A stretch of DNA of 64,000 nt. Origin: Flammeovirgaceae bacterium. GTDB taxonomy: Bacteria > Bacteroidota > Bacteroidia > Cytophagales > Cyclobacteriaceae. The notes under the pieces were generated by a model. The model saw nothing but the letters and a program-made list of their open reading frames with translations. It was not told the DNA's origin and did no database searches. The stretch spans positions 15,445 through 79,444 of the forward strand of contig JAJTGY010000013.1 of the NCBI GenBank assembly GCA_021298015.1, read 5' to 3'. Positions 18,967-28,160 of this stretch are shown in pieces; the stretch's first letter is position 1; each line of letters opens with the position of its first letter. The translations under genes and the position numbers were made by a program.

Positions 18967-19374
18967 TTATCCGATGTCATTTACATCATACACCGTGACC
19001 TTTTTCCAAAGGTGTTTGTATGTATCAACAAAATGGGTGTGAACCGGATCCACCTGGTACGCATCGTGACCTGCAATGTCATCAAATACGGTAAAAAGTG
19101 AAAATGAATAAGATGAATCGATTACGTCACGCGCTTCCGTAGCGGCCGGTATACCGATGCGGAAATCCCGCAGCGTTTTGATTTTGCCGAGTGAACGAAG
19201 GCCCTCCAGCAATTGCGCGCGGTCTTCTTGAGCGTTCGGGTTTGCCAGCCAAAAGAAGACGTGATGGATGAGCTTGCTTCTTTTCGTTGTCTGGCCGTTT
19301 ACGTCAGCCACAGCGGCTGCGGCCACCAGTGTGGCACCGAGGTGCTTTGCAAATTTTCGTCTGCGCAGGTTCAT
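18967..19374 (-). CDS. Dabb (stress-responsive alpha/beta-barrel) protein with a Tat-like signal
   Basis: MNLRRRKFAKHLGATLVAAAAVA carries a twin-arginine RRxFxK motif. It is followed by LIHHVFFWL...EGLRSLGKI..L..F..G, the Dabb signature. The start is trimmed to the ATG at 19374. Confidence 0.7.
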   Translation of the reverse strand: MNLRRRKFAKHLGATLVAAAAVADVNGQTTKRSKLIHHVFFWLANPNAQEDRAQLLEGLRSLGKIKTLRDFRIGIPAATEARDVIDSSYSFSLFTVFDDIAGHDAYQVDPVHTHFVDTYKHLWKKVTVYDVNDIG

Positions 19375-19443
19375 ACGACTTCCTTTTTGGGGTAATTGAA
19401 AGCTAAAAAAACAAAAAAACAACTTACTTTTGCTCCCCTTCTT

Positions 19444-19518
19444 CGGGGTGTAGCACAGCCCGGCTAGTGCGCTACGTTCGGGACGTAGAGGTCGGAGGTT
19501 CGAATCCTCTCACCCCGA
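19444..19518 (+). tRNA. tRNA-Pro (anticodon CGG)
   Basis: 75 nt. CGGGGTGTAGCACAGCCCGGCTAGTGCGCTACGTTCGGGACGTAGAGGTCGGAGGTTCGAATCCTCTCACCCCGA, with anticodon loop TTCGGGA. Confidence 0.9.
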
Positions 19519-19527
19519 CAGGTTAAC

Positions 19528-19560
19528 AAGGCTTCTCTGCCAAAGGAGAAGCCTTTTTTG
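19528..19560 (+). terminator. rho-independent terminator after tRNA-Pro
   Basis: AAGGCTTCTC-TGCCAAAG-GAGAAGCCTT is followed by a T-run. Confidence 0.8.
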
Positions 19561-19659
19561 TTATCCGAAATTGAAGTCTCCGACACCCTTGCCATTCTGG
19601 CGGGGCCGTGCTACTCGTTTGAATCCAAATATGGAAACGTGTATCTGCGCAAGCCTTGA

Positions 19660-20799
19660 TTATTTCAGTCGCTCGTGAAAAAACAGCTCGTACCCCGGCA
19701 GCAGGTCGGGGTGCGCAATTTTCACTAGGTCTTTCAAAATCAGATCGGGGCGCAGGTAGCCAAGCTCCAGAAATTCACTCCCACCGCGGGTGCCATGCCG
19801 TTTGTCGTACGTGTAAACACCCTGTTGCCGAAAGGGCTTAAACAACTCATAGCGCGGTTCGGTGGCTTTTAACTCGGCCAGGGTTTTGAAGTTGGCCACG
19901 CCAATCCAGAGATCAGCTTCCCGCGCCTGCGCATAAACGGATTCAAAACTCAATTCCAAAAAGCCTTGTGTCGAGTCGGTCGCCCACAGGTATTGGCAAC
20001 CGGCATCGGCCAACAACCGGGCAGCATAATTTTTTCCGCCTGGCAAAAACCACCCATCTCCATACAGCACACCGCTCATGACGGTGGGTTGCTTGGGTTG
20101 TTGCGCGGCCTGTTGCGCGGTTTCCAGATAGGCCTGTTCAATCGCCTCAAAGACAGAATCCGCCATCTCTTCCTTTCCCATCAAAAGAGCCATAAACCGA
20201 ATCCACTCGGCCCTGCCCAGAGGATGTTTTTCGAGATACTCGGCATTTGTCACAACCGGGATGCCCAGCTCCTTGATTTTTTTTAGCTGACCCAGGTCGC
20301 TGCTCATGCTATAACCCATAACGACATCCGGCTTCAATGCGATGAGTTTTTCAAGATCCATTCCTTTGTCTACGCCCAAATCAACCACTTGGCCGGCATC
20401 TACCCGCGCGCGCATTTTTTCGGATGAGATATAGTCAGTAGTCGGAAACCCCACGAGCGTCTGTGTTGCACCAAGGTAATCGAGCAACGGCAGGTGTGTC
20501 GTGGAGGTGCACACGATACGTTGCACCGGAGTAAAGATCACTTGCGTTTCGGCATCGTGAGGGGGCACCGGGTTGCCACGTTTCACGAGCAAATACCGAT
20601 ACCCTTGCCGGGCACCCGGAAAAGGATAGGTAACGTCTACCCAGAGGGCACCCCCATCGCGTTTCCATGAAAAACCTTCGGCATAGGTGGGTTGTTGCCA
20701 GGTCGTTTCGGGAGCACGCACGGGTTTATGGCAACGGACAACCACGCACGCTGCGATGAGCAGTAAAATACAACGCATGACGAGCTTCATGAGAGGCAA
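19660..20799 (-). CDS. ABC-transporter periplasmic binding lipoprotein, BtuF/FhuD class (cobalamin or iron-chelate)
   Basis: 379 aa with a lipoprotein signal (LLIAACVVVRC). The RIVCTSTTHLPLLDYLG and LKPDVVMGY motifs are typical of cluster-A (class 8) binding proteins. It is divergent from a B12-riboswitch-controlled receptor. Confidence 0.75.
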   Translation of the reverse strand: MPLMKLVMRCILLLIAACVVVRCHKPVRAPETTWQQPTYAEGFSWKRDGGALWVDVTYPFPGARQGYRYLLVKRGNPVPPHDAETQVIFTPVQRIVCTSTTHLPLLDYLGATQTLVGFPTTDYISSEKMRARVDAGQVVDLGVDKGMDLEKLIALKPDVVMGYSMSSDLGQLKKIKELGIPVVTNAEYLEKHPLGRAEWIRFMALLMGKEEMADSVFEAIEQAYLETAQQAAQQPKQPTVMSGVLYGDGWFLPGGKNYAARLLADAGCQYLWATDSTQGFLELSFESVYAQAREADLWIGVANFKTLAELKATEPRYELFKPFRQQGVYTYDKRHGTRGGSEFLELGYLRPDLILKDLVKIAHPDLLPGYELFFHERLK

Positions 20800-20834
20800 G
20801 TAACGAATATAATTGTCAGCGATCTTTTTTTTGA

Positions 20835-20842
20835 TAGGTTTG
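20835..20842 (+). promoter_or_regulatory. -7 promoter box (TAGGTTTG) driving the riboswitch-led receptor operon
   Basis: Matches TAnnTTTG, with a TTG 19 nt upstream (20813-20815). The riboswitch P1 stem begins about 5 nt downstream. Confidence 0.5.
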
Positions 20843-20844
20843 CA

Positions 20845-21040
20845 TCTGAATTCGGTTGGCGAAATGCATTTTGAATTTCGCCATTAAAAGGGAACTCCGT
20901 GAAATCCGGAGACTGTCCCCGCAACTGTAAACCGTCCCGACTAAGTCGGGATACGCTGCATTCAAAAGTCACTTTGGCGCAAGCCGCGCCATGGGAAGAC
21001 GCAGCGGTAGGTGAGTCAGGAGACCTGCCCAATTCAACAT
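20845..21040 (+). promoter_or_regulatory. cobalamin (B12) riboswitch
   Basis: The conserved core is TTAAAAGGGAACTCCGTGAAATCCGGAGACTGTCCCCGCAACTGTAA. A B12-box-like GTCACTTTGGCGCAAGCCGCGCCATGGGAAGACG and a 3' CAGGAGACCTGCC are also present. P1 pairs TGAATTCGG (20847-55) with CCCAATTCA (21028-36). Two hairpins at 21060-21094 and 21129-21144, with T-runs, form a likely expression platform. Confidence 0.9.
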
Positions 21041-21155
21041 TTAAGTCAGAGCTTTCGGGTGAAAGGCAATGAGTGACTGGGCGCAAGCCTTTCATTCTCC
21101 GTTTACACAGGGCTCATCATGTTCAACCATGTCCGTTAGGACATAAACTTTTTTG

Positions 21156-23276
21156 ATGATGAGAAATTTAGCATTCACATTTGGCTTATTCGCGGTACTT
21201 ACCGTGCAGGGCCAGGACTCACTCAGCAGCCGCGTACTGGAGGAAGTCGTGGTGTCAGGTGCGCGAATGGAGCAATCGGTTTCGCAAATACCGCGGCAGG
21301 TGGCCGTCATCAGTCGGACAGAAATCGAGCAATCTGCCTTTCATTCGGTTGGTGATCTATTGGCGAAGCAACCGGGTCTTTATCTGGTCGGGGCGAACCA
21401 GGCACCCGGATCGAACCAAAGCCTCTTTATGCGCGGTGCCGGCAGCAATCAGGTAGTGGTGATGATTGATGGCGTTCGCCTCACTGATCCCTCAACGCCC
21501 AACAATGCCGTTGATCTCTCGGAACTATCTCTGGCCGAAGTGGAACGAATCGAAATTGTGCGGGGTGGGCACAGCACGTTGTATGGAAGTGCCGCCATCG
21601 GGGGCGTGGTCAACATCATCACCCGAAAAAATTCTACCACCGGCCTGCATGGCCAACTGTCGGCTCAAGCCGGCCAATTGGGCCCGGCCGGCAGTTCGTT
21701 TCACCAGATGGCCGATGCTGAATATCGGTCTGCCCAGGGGTGGTTTGTGCGTGGTTCGCTCTGGAATCAAAATGCCCGCGGATTTAATGCTACGGTTGAT
21801 ACGGTGACCAATCGTTTTAAGCGGGCCGATGCGGATGATTTCAGAAAAACAGACGGCCGTTTGTCCATAGGCTATCAACGGAATGGTTTTGATGTTGCGA
21901 TCGCCTACAAGAGCACCAAACAGCGCGTGGATACCGATGCGGGTGCATTTGCCGATGACGATAACAGCTTCCTTACGTTTCATCGAAACTGGTGGCAGGT
22001 TAATGCGAATGTCAACGTGAGTGACCGATCCACAATCAGTTACTTCGGTGCCTACTCGTCATCGGTGCGGCAAAACGAAAATGACTCATCACAAGTTGCC
22101 CCGGGTGTTTTTGATGGAAGTTTTTCCCGTGGCCGATATGACGGCAAATTGTTGACACAGGAAGTGCAGTTCACCCACACCCGCGACCGGTTGTCGGTAG
22201 TCAGTGGCGCAGGCCTGTTTTATGAGCAAATGAATTTCGATACGTATTTTTTTTCAAGCCAGTTTGGAGGTTTTGAATTCACGACCAACTACGATTCCCT
22301 GCGGCAAGAATCATTTACCAGCTATGCGTTTGCCCGGGCCAATTGGTCGTGGTCTCCGCGGTTAACGCTGCAGGGAGGCGCGCGCGGAAATTATCACAGC
22401 CTCTTTGGTTTCTTTACAACAGGCGATTTGGGAGTGGTGTATGCCCTTCGTCCTCAAACTGCACTTTTCGTGTCCGGCTCAATGGGTTTCAATACACCGT
22501 CCCTGAGTCAGCTCTTTGATCCGGCCCGGGGCTTTGGGGCCATTACCACGCGTGGTAATTCAGCCCTGTCTCCGGAGCGTTCGGCCAGTATCGAGGTGGG
22601 ATTGCGCTACACCGGCCGCGGTGGGACGCGCGGTGCTGTCTCCTTTTTTCATAACACTACCCGCCAATCCATCGAATATGTCTATTTGTGGAATAGGGCA
22701 ACACCCGTTGAGCAACTCACGTTTCTTGATTATCAGGGAGACACCTACCTGAATATCTCGCGGCAACGCCACATGGGTATGGAGGCCTCCGGCACGCTGT
22801 ATCTCCGGAAAAACTTCTGGCTCGATGGTCACGTCACCTGGATGACGAATCGGCTCGAGGTGCAGCCCCGTGACTTGCCGGCTGACCTCGGCACGAGCAG
22901 CCACGTTCAGCTATTCGCGAATGGTCGTTTTCTGGATACTGAAGTCTCCGACAACGCCCTGCCGCGAATACCTTCGGTAATGACTCGGGCCCGTGCTAAT
23001 CTGCAGTTGAAAAAATGGCTTCTGCAGGTGGCGTATCGCTATGACGGAACACGACTGGATGCGGCCTATGACCCCTCGTTTGGGCCGTTCGGTGCGCTCG
23101 GTCGGGTGCCAGTCGGGGCTTATCAGTTGGTTGATGCCACTGTTTTGTTTAACCTGTCGCCACGGGTGAGTTTGAACTTTACCGCGGAGAATCTGTTTAA
23201 TTTGGATTATCAGGAAATTGCTGGGTTCGCTACTCGCGGGCGCAGTGCCTACCTGAAAATTGTGGCCCGCTGGTAA
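21156..23276 (+). CDS. TonB-dependent outer-membrane receptor (BtuB-like)
   Basis: About 706 aa with a signal peptide and a plug domain (EEVVVSGARMEQSVSQIP, DGVRLTDPS, IEIVRGGHSTLYGSAAIGGVVNIIT). It ends in an aromatic C-terminal residue (W). The first ATG is at 21156; the track start at 21153 is TTG. Confidence 0.9.
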   Translation: MMRNLAFTFGLFAVLTVQGQDSLSSRVLEEVVVSGARMEQSVSQIPRQVAVISRTEIEQSAFHSVGDLLAKQPGLYLVGANQAPGSNQSLFMRGAGSNQVVVMIDGVRLTDPSTPNNAVDLSELSLAEVERIEIVRGGHSTLYGSAAIGGVVNIITRKNSTTGLHGQLSAQAGQLGPAGSSFHQMADAEYRSAQGWFVRGSLWNQNARGFNATVDTVTNRFKRADADDFRKTDGRLSIGYQRNGFDVAIAYKSTKQRVDTDAGAFADDDNSFLTFHRNWWQVNANVNVSDRSTISYFGAYSSSVRQNENDSSQVAPGVFDGSFSRGRYDGKLLTQEVQFTHTRDRLSVVSGAGLFYEQMNFDTYFFSSQFGGFEFTTNYDSLRQESFTSYAFARANWSWSPRLTLQGGARGNYHSLFGFFTTGDLGVVYALRPQTALFVSGSMGFNTPSLSQLFDPARGFGAITTRGNSALSPERSASIEVGLRYTGRGGTRGAVSFFHNTTRQSIEYVYLWNRATPVEQLTFLDYQGDTYLNISRQRHMGMEASGTLYLRKNFWLDGHVTWMTNRLEVQPRDLPADLGTSSHVQLFANGRFLDTEVSDNALPRIPSVMTRARANLQLKKWLLQVAYRYDGTRLDAAYDPSFGPFGALGRVPVGAYQLVDATVLFNLSPRVSLNFTAENLFNLDYQEIAGFATRGRSAYLKIVARW

Positions 23277-23470
23277 TGATTGAGCATCGCGCAAGAAACA
23301 AAAAAGTAACGGAGGAAGATTACTACTTCGAAAACGGCTTTGTCGTGTTCACGGAGCAGTATCTTCTCAAGCGGGGCTACTGCTGTGAAAACGGTTGTCG
23401 TCACTGTCCGTACGGCTACGCGCGAAAAGATCAGCCGGTGGAATCTCGTCCCAAGGATTCAAACAGTTGA
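23276..23470 (+). CDS. Cys-rich mini-protein, DUF5522-like
   Basis: 64 aa with the motif YYFENGFVVFTEQYLLKRGYCCENGCRHCPYGY. Its ATG overlaps the receptor stop (TAATG), so it is co-transcribed under the riboswitch. Confidence 0.65.
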   Translation: MIEHRARNKKVTEEDYYFENGFVVFTEQYLLKRGYCCENGCRHCPYGYARKDQPVESRPKDSNS

Positions 23471-24420
23471 CGGGCCGCTGCCGAAGGGAGCACCCGCCCG
23501 GCCTTCACCTCTTGTTCGATATGCGCCATTGATTTGCCCGATCGGGTTTCCATGGCAGCTTGAACGATGAGCCGTTCCAGGTGTTCATGTAACCACAATA
23601 TTTTCTGTTTCTCTCGCACATACGTCAGATACCCGTTGGCTTGCGTGTGTTCAACATATCGCTCCACCATCAACCAGGTTTCGGTGATGCCCAACCCTTG
23701 CACGGCTGACGTGAGCCAAACGGGTGTGGTCCACTGGGAGTCGGCTGCCGGGAATAAATGCAACGCATGTTGAAAATCGCTTTGTGCCTGCTGGGCCCGC
23801 TTCAGATTATCGCCATCGGCTTTGGTAATGGCCACGCCATCGGCTAACTCCATGATGCCCTTCTTAATTCCCTGCAACTCATCACCACTGCCGGCCAGCA
23901 TCAGCAGCAGAAAAAAATCCACCATGTCGCGCACAGCCGTTTCGGATTGCCCGACACCCACCGTCTCGATAATGATAACATCAAAGCCGGCCGCTTCGGC
24001 CAACAACACGCACTCGCGCGTGGCGGACGTAACACCGCCCAGCGACAAACCGGAAGGGGAGGGCCGGATAAACGCTCCGGGGTTCCTCGATAATTTTTCC
24101 ATGCGTGTTTTGTCGCCTAAAATGCTGCCTTTCGTTTTTGGGCTGCTGGGGTCTACGGCCAGCACGGCCAGTTTTTTTCCCTTATCGATGAGATAGTCAC
24201 CCAACGCCTCAATAAATGTGCTTTTACCCACCCCGGGTACACCCGTAATGCCTATGCGGATCGAACGGCCCGTGTGGGGCAGGAGGTTTTGAAGGACCTG
24301 CTCGGTCAGCAAACGATCTTCGCGCCTGGCGCTCTCGGCCAGCGTAAAGGCCCGGCCAAGCATCACGCGGTCGCCTGCCAACAGGGCGTGGGTGATGGTA
24401 TCAACGGTAAGGTCACTCAT
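23431..24420 (-). CDS. meaB: methylmalonyl-CoA mutase-associated GTPase MeaB (ArgK family)
   Basis: The P-loop is GITGVPGVGKSTFIEAL. ETVGVGQSE, ITKADGDN and an ArgK-type C-terminal dimerisation helix are also present. The start is trimmed to the ATG at 24420. Confidence 0.88.
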   Translation of the reverse strand: MSDLTVDTITHALLAGDRVMLGRAFTLAESARREDRLLTEQVLQNLLPHTGRSIRIGITGVPGVGKSTFIEALGDYLIDKGKKLAVLAVDPSSPKTKGSILGDKTRMEKLSRNPGAFIRPSPSGLSLGGVTSATRECVLLAEAAGFDVIIIETVGVGQSETAVRDMVDFFLLLMLAGSGDELQGIKKGIMELADGVAITKADGDNLKRAQQAQSDFQHALHLFPAADSQWTTPVWLTSAVQGLGITETWLMVERYVEHTQANGYLTYVREKQKILWLHEHLERLIVQAAMETRSGKSMAHIEQEVKAGRVLPSAAARQLFESLGRDSTG

Positions 24421-24477
24421 GGCGGGCTGGACGGATGCGACCGAAATTTCTACATTTAGGTTTGGCAATCCACATTT

Positions 24478-25791
24478 ATGAAGAGATTTCTACTCGATAG
24501 CCTGCTTTGTACACTCTTCGTGTTCATTTTTCTGTTTGGATTGTTGAAAATATCGGATCTCAAGATTTTCAACGCGTTTGATCCGCTTGGAAAGGCGCTG
24601 GGCGACATGGAACTCACAGACATAGCCTTTTCCCAGTTCCGCGATACGGATGAGTTGAAGGTGGACACCAATGTGGTTATTGTCAATACCGGCTATTTAA
24701 ATCGAAGACAATTAACCGAACAAATTGCCACCATCATCGCCTGCAAACCGAGGGTTATTGGCACGGATATTCGATTTGTTTGTTTGCACCCGAGCCAGGA
24801 TTCGATAAACTGTCCGCAAAACTATGACACCCTGACTAATCTGCTGTTGGGTTCAGTAACTTCAGCGTTTCCGAATTTTGTACATGCAGAAAAAATCGAA
24901 CAAACCGACTCGTTAATACGAGCGCTTGGGGATACCGACATTTACGACTCCGTTTCGCATAGCCACCCTCTCGTTGTTCAGAATTCGTATGAGGGTTTTG
25001 TTAATCTGGAGACGGAGGCGGGCCACCAGGAAGATCTCAAAACTTGCCGAAGGTTTACGCCTCGAATCATTGTTCGGGGTGAGGAGCACCTTGCTTTCTC
25101 CGTTCAAATGGCCATGTTGTACGACTCCGCGAAAACGAAGCGATTTCTTGAGCGTGGCAAGGAGTCAGAAGTTATCAACTACCGCGGAAATATTATCGAT
25201 TGGTTCGGGGCGGGCGACCTCTCCGGGCGTTATCAGGTTTTGGATGTGGGCCAGTCGCTGGATACCACTCAATTTCTTCCTTCCATGTTGAAGGATAAAA
25301 TTGTGATCATGGGCTTCCTTGGGGAAAACCTCTTTGACACGTCATGGGACGATAAATTCTTTACGCCTTTGAATAAGGTCTACGCAGGCCGCGCCAGACC
25401 GGATATGTATGGAGTTGTTGTTCATGCCAACATCGTCTCCATGATCCTCAACGAGGATTATGTAGATGAACTGCCCGAGTCTTTACAATTCGTGATCGCT
25501 TTTTTCTTGGTGTTTCTCAATGTTATGTTGTTCGGTTGGATCACGCGCAAGATTCCCGTTTGGTTCGACTCGCTGAGCCTTATCATACAGGTCTTGCAGG
25601 TTTCACTTCTGGTTTTTTTAATGATCGAAGCATTTAATCTTTTCAGTTTCAAACTGAACCTGACGGTTGCTCTGGCAGCGATTGCCCTTGTTGGCACATC
25701 TTTTGAGCTGTATACGACTGTGATTAAGTCACTTTTCAAGCATGTGGGAGAAAACTGCCCTGGCTTACCAAACGGAAGCCGGCTGTATTAA
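24478..25791 (+). CDS. CHASE2-domain membrane protein without a recognisable output domain
   Basis: 437 aa. An N-terminal TM segment is followed by NVVIVNTGYLNRRQL...ACKPRVIGTDIRF, the CHASE2-type I/VxxxD...R...IGxDIxF pattern. Three or four C-terminal TM helices follow, and the protein ends about 20 aa after the last one. Confidence 0.6.
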   Translation: MKRFLLDSLLCTLFVFIFLFGLLKISDLKIFNAFDPLGKALGDMELTDIAFSQFRDTDELKVDTNVVIVNTGYLNRRQLTEQIATIIACKPRVIGTDIRFVCLHPSQDSINCPQNYDTLTNLLLGSVTSAFPNFVHAEKIEQTDSLIRALGDTDIYDSVSHSHPLVVQNSYEGFVNLETEAGHQEDLKTCRRFTPRIIVRGEEHLAFSVQMAMLYDSAKTKRFLERGKESEVINYRGNIIDWFGAGDLSGRYQVLDVGQSLDTTQFLPSMLKDKIVIMGFLGENLFDTSWDDKFFTPLNKVYAGRARPDMYGVVVHANIVSMILNEDYVDELPESLQFVIAFFLVFLNVMLFGWITRKIPVWFDSLSLIIQVLQVSLLVFLMIEAFNLFSFKLNLTVALAAIALVGTSFELYTTVIKSLFKHVGENCPGLPNGSRLY

Positions 25792-25847
25792 CGCCCGAAA
25801 GTTCCGAGTAAATCTCTACCTTTATCTTTAAATAATTAGGTAAAATC

Positions 25848-26759
25848 ATGAAAATCGAATTGTTAGCAACTGTCCTTGCGTTTTTTTTTGGGTCCTTTAC
25901 GTTGCTGGCCCAAGACTATGCATTCCGGGTTATCGCCAATAAGGGTGCCGTGGAATACAAGTCGGGCGATGCCTGGCAGCCGGTGAAAACCGGAACTTCG
26001 CTGCAGGCATCTGACGAGGTCAAATTGGCCGATAATGCGTACCTGGGATTGGTACATAAGACTGGAAAGCCGATGGAGATCCGCGAGTCAGGAAATTATA
26101 AAGTGGCGGACCTGGCCAGCAAAGTGGGAACGGGAAGCAGCGTATTGAACAAATACACCGACTTCATTCTCAGTGCCAACTCCGCTGAAGCCAAGAAGAA
26201 CCGCCTGGCGGCCACGGGAGCAGTAACGCGTGCCACGTTCACGCCCGACATCAAAGTATTCCTGCCGGAAAATCAGTATGCCGGTATCTTCAACAAGACG
26301 GTCATCATCAATTGGGAATCGGCCAAAACGCAAGGCCCTTTTGTGGTTACCGTCATGAGTATGTATGAAGATGAGTTGATGAAAGAAGAAACACCGGAGA
26401 GCCGCTACCGCCTTGACCTTTCCAATCCTAAAATTGAGAAGGAGTCCAAGCAGGCGCTGCTGGTCATTGTGTATTCAAAGAGTGACCCCAACATAAAATC
26501 CGGTCGTTACCTGGTTAAAAACCTCTCGGATGACGAGTCAGCGAAAATCAAAACCGCCTGGGCTGAGATTAGCGGAGACGTGAAAGACGAAACGGCATTG
26601 AATAAGTTTTTGCAGGCCGGTTTCTATGAAGAGCATAAACTGTTTATCGATGCCATTGCAGCTTACGAGGATGCCATCCGCATGGCACCGGATGTGGATC
26701 TTTATAAAGAAGCTTACGAGGAGTTTCTGCTGCGCAACAAACTCAAGGCGCAAAAGTAA
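25848..26759 (+). CDS. secreted FecR-like / TPR-like protein
   Basis: 303 aa with a signal peptide. The N-terminal beta-rich segment (AFRVIANKGAVEYKSGDAWQPVKTGTSLQASDEVKLADNAYLGLVH) resembles a FecR-type sensor fold. The C-terminal part is helical (AGFYEEHKLFIDAIAAYEDAIRMAPD). Confidence 0.5.
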   Translation: MKIELLATVLAFFFGSFTLLAQDYAFRVIANKGAVEYKSGDAWQPVKTGTSLQASDEVKLADNAYLGLVHKTGKPMEIRESGNYKVADLASKVGTGSSVLNKYTDFILSANSAEAKKNRLAATGAVTRATFTPDIKVFLPENQYAGIFNKTVIINWESAKTQGPFVVTVMSMYEDELMKEETPESRYRLDLSNPKIEKESKQALLVIVYSKSDPNIKSGRYLVKNLSDDESAKIKTAWAEISGDVKDETALNKFLQAGFYEEHKLFIDAIAAYEDAIRMAPDVDLYKEAYEEFLLRNKLKAQK

Positions 26760-26779
26760 CCCCCGGTAAATGATCGTAG

Positions 26780-26807
26780 AAGGCCTCCTTTGGGAGGCCT
26801 TTTTTTA
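26780..26807 (+). terminator. rho-independent terminator
   Basis: AGGCCTCC-TTTG-GGAGGCCT is followed by TTTTTTT. Confidence 0.85.
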
Positions 26808-26859
26808 TGGCTTGCCCCTCCGGATTTATGTCCTATTTTTGTGGCCAAACTATTGTATT

Positions 26860-27738
26860 ATGAGCGTACTCGTTAATAAAAACTCACGTGTGATTGTTCA
26901 GGGTTTTACCGGTTCGGAAGGAACCTTTCATGCCGGGCAAATGATCGAGTACGGAACCAACGTGGTGGGTGGGGTGACGCCCGGCAAAGGCGGACAAGAG
27001 CATTTAGGCCGCCCGGTGTTTAATACGGTCGAGGAAGCGGTTCGCAAGACAGGGGCGGATGTGTCGATCATTTTTGTACCCCCCGCTTTTGCAGCCGATG
27101 GCATTATGGAGGCCGCAGCGGCCGGCATCAAAGTGATTATCGCGATCACGGAGGGCATTCCGGTAAAAGACATGATGATCGCCAAGCAATTCATTAAAGA
27201 CCGCGGTGTACGCCTCATTGGGCCTAACTGTCCGGGTGTGATTACACCAGGCGAGGCGAAAGTAGGTATTATGCCAGGCTTTGTTTTCAAGAAGGGTACA
27301 ATTGGTATTGTATCAAAGTCGGGCACGTTGACCTATGAAGCTGCTGACCAGATTGTGAAGGCCGGCTTAGGTATTACGACCGCCATTGGCATTGGTGGCG
27401 ACCCCATCATCGGCACAGCGACTAAAGACGCAGTGGAGTTGCTGATGAACGATCCCGAAACCGAGGGTATCGTCATGATTGGCGAAATTGGCGGAAGCTA
27501 CGAACCCGTGGCCGCGCGTTGGATAAAGGAGACCGGAAACAAGAAGCCCGTGGTCGGTTTCATTGCAGGCCAAACCGCACCTCCGGGCCGCAGAATGGGC
27601 CATGCCGGTGCCATCATTGGCGGTGCTGAAGATACCGCAGTTGCGAAAATGAAAGTGATGCGCGAGTGCGGTATTCACGTGGTCGAGTCACCCGCCTTAA
27701 TCGGGGAGACCATGCTGAAAGCCCTCGGCAAAAAATAA
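26860..27738 (+). CDS. sucD: succinate--CoA ligase subunit alpha
   Basis: [24 protein letters not shown]..., the GPNCPGVI motif and MGHAGAII, the phosphohistidine loop. The start is moved to the ATG at 26860, downstream of the terminator. Confidence 0.95.
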   Translation: MSVLVNKNSRVIVQGFTGSEGTFHAGQMIEYGTNVVGGVTPGKGGQEHLGRPVFNTVEEAVRKTGADVSIIFVPPAFAADGIMEAAAAGIKVIIAITEGIPVKDMMIAKQFIKDRGVRLIGPNCPGVITPGEAKVGIMPGFVFKKGTIGIVSKSGTLTYEAADQIVKAGLGITTAIGIGGDPIIGTATKDAVELLMNDPETEGIVMIGEIGGSYEPVAARWIKETGNKKPVVGFIAGQTAPPGRRMGHAGAIIGGAEDTAVAKMKVMRECGIHVVESPALIGETMLKALGKK

Positions 27739-27744
27739 CCTGAA

Positions 27745-28008
27745 TTAGTGCGCGGTGTTAAACGCCAGTCGGAAATCCTGCTCTAGGTAGGAATTCAGTT
27801 TTTCCAGGCTCTTGAATACCATCAGGTTTTCAACTTCCCTCCATTCCTGATCGTTCTTAAAAACGATTTGTACAAACAGGTTGCGCACCATGTACACAAA
27901 GACCGAACGCCCCTCCTTTAAGCGGCTACCCAGTGAAACACCTTTTGCCCTCACATGCTCAAGCTGACGCTCCTGCGGCCATTTCCGAAAGGTTAGTTTG
28001 AACCACAT
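27745..28008 (-). CDS. hypothetical 87-aa protein
   Basis: This is the only long ORF in this gap and it has no recognisable motif. Confidence 0.35.
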   Translation of the reverse strand: MWFKLTFRKWPQERQLEHVRAKGVSLGSRLKEGRSVFVYMVRNLFVQIVFKNDQEWREVENLMVFKSLEKLNSYLEQDFRLAFNTAH

Positions 28009-28160
28009 ACTCGTAAAATCTTGTTGTTAATCAGCTGAGAACAAGATAGGTAACACGCAACAATTCGATTTGTTTAAGAATTCCGCTGCCGGAGGTCAAA
28101 ACGCCTCAATTTCAAGGTTTTTCAGGCTTTGCAACCGGATTACCCCTCCTTTTCCGGCCG

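Noticed and set aside
20787-21310. Minus-strand ORFs (20787-21095 and 21092-21310) lie across the btuF-btuB spacer.
   Set aside because: They overlap the cobalamin riboswitch and the receptor start, and their composition is low-complexity.
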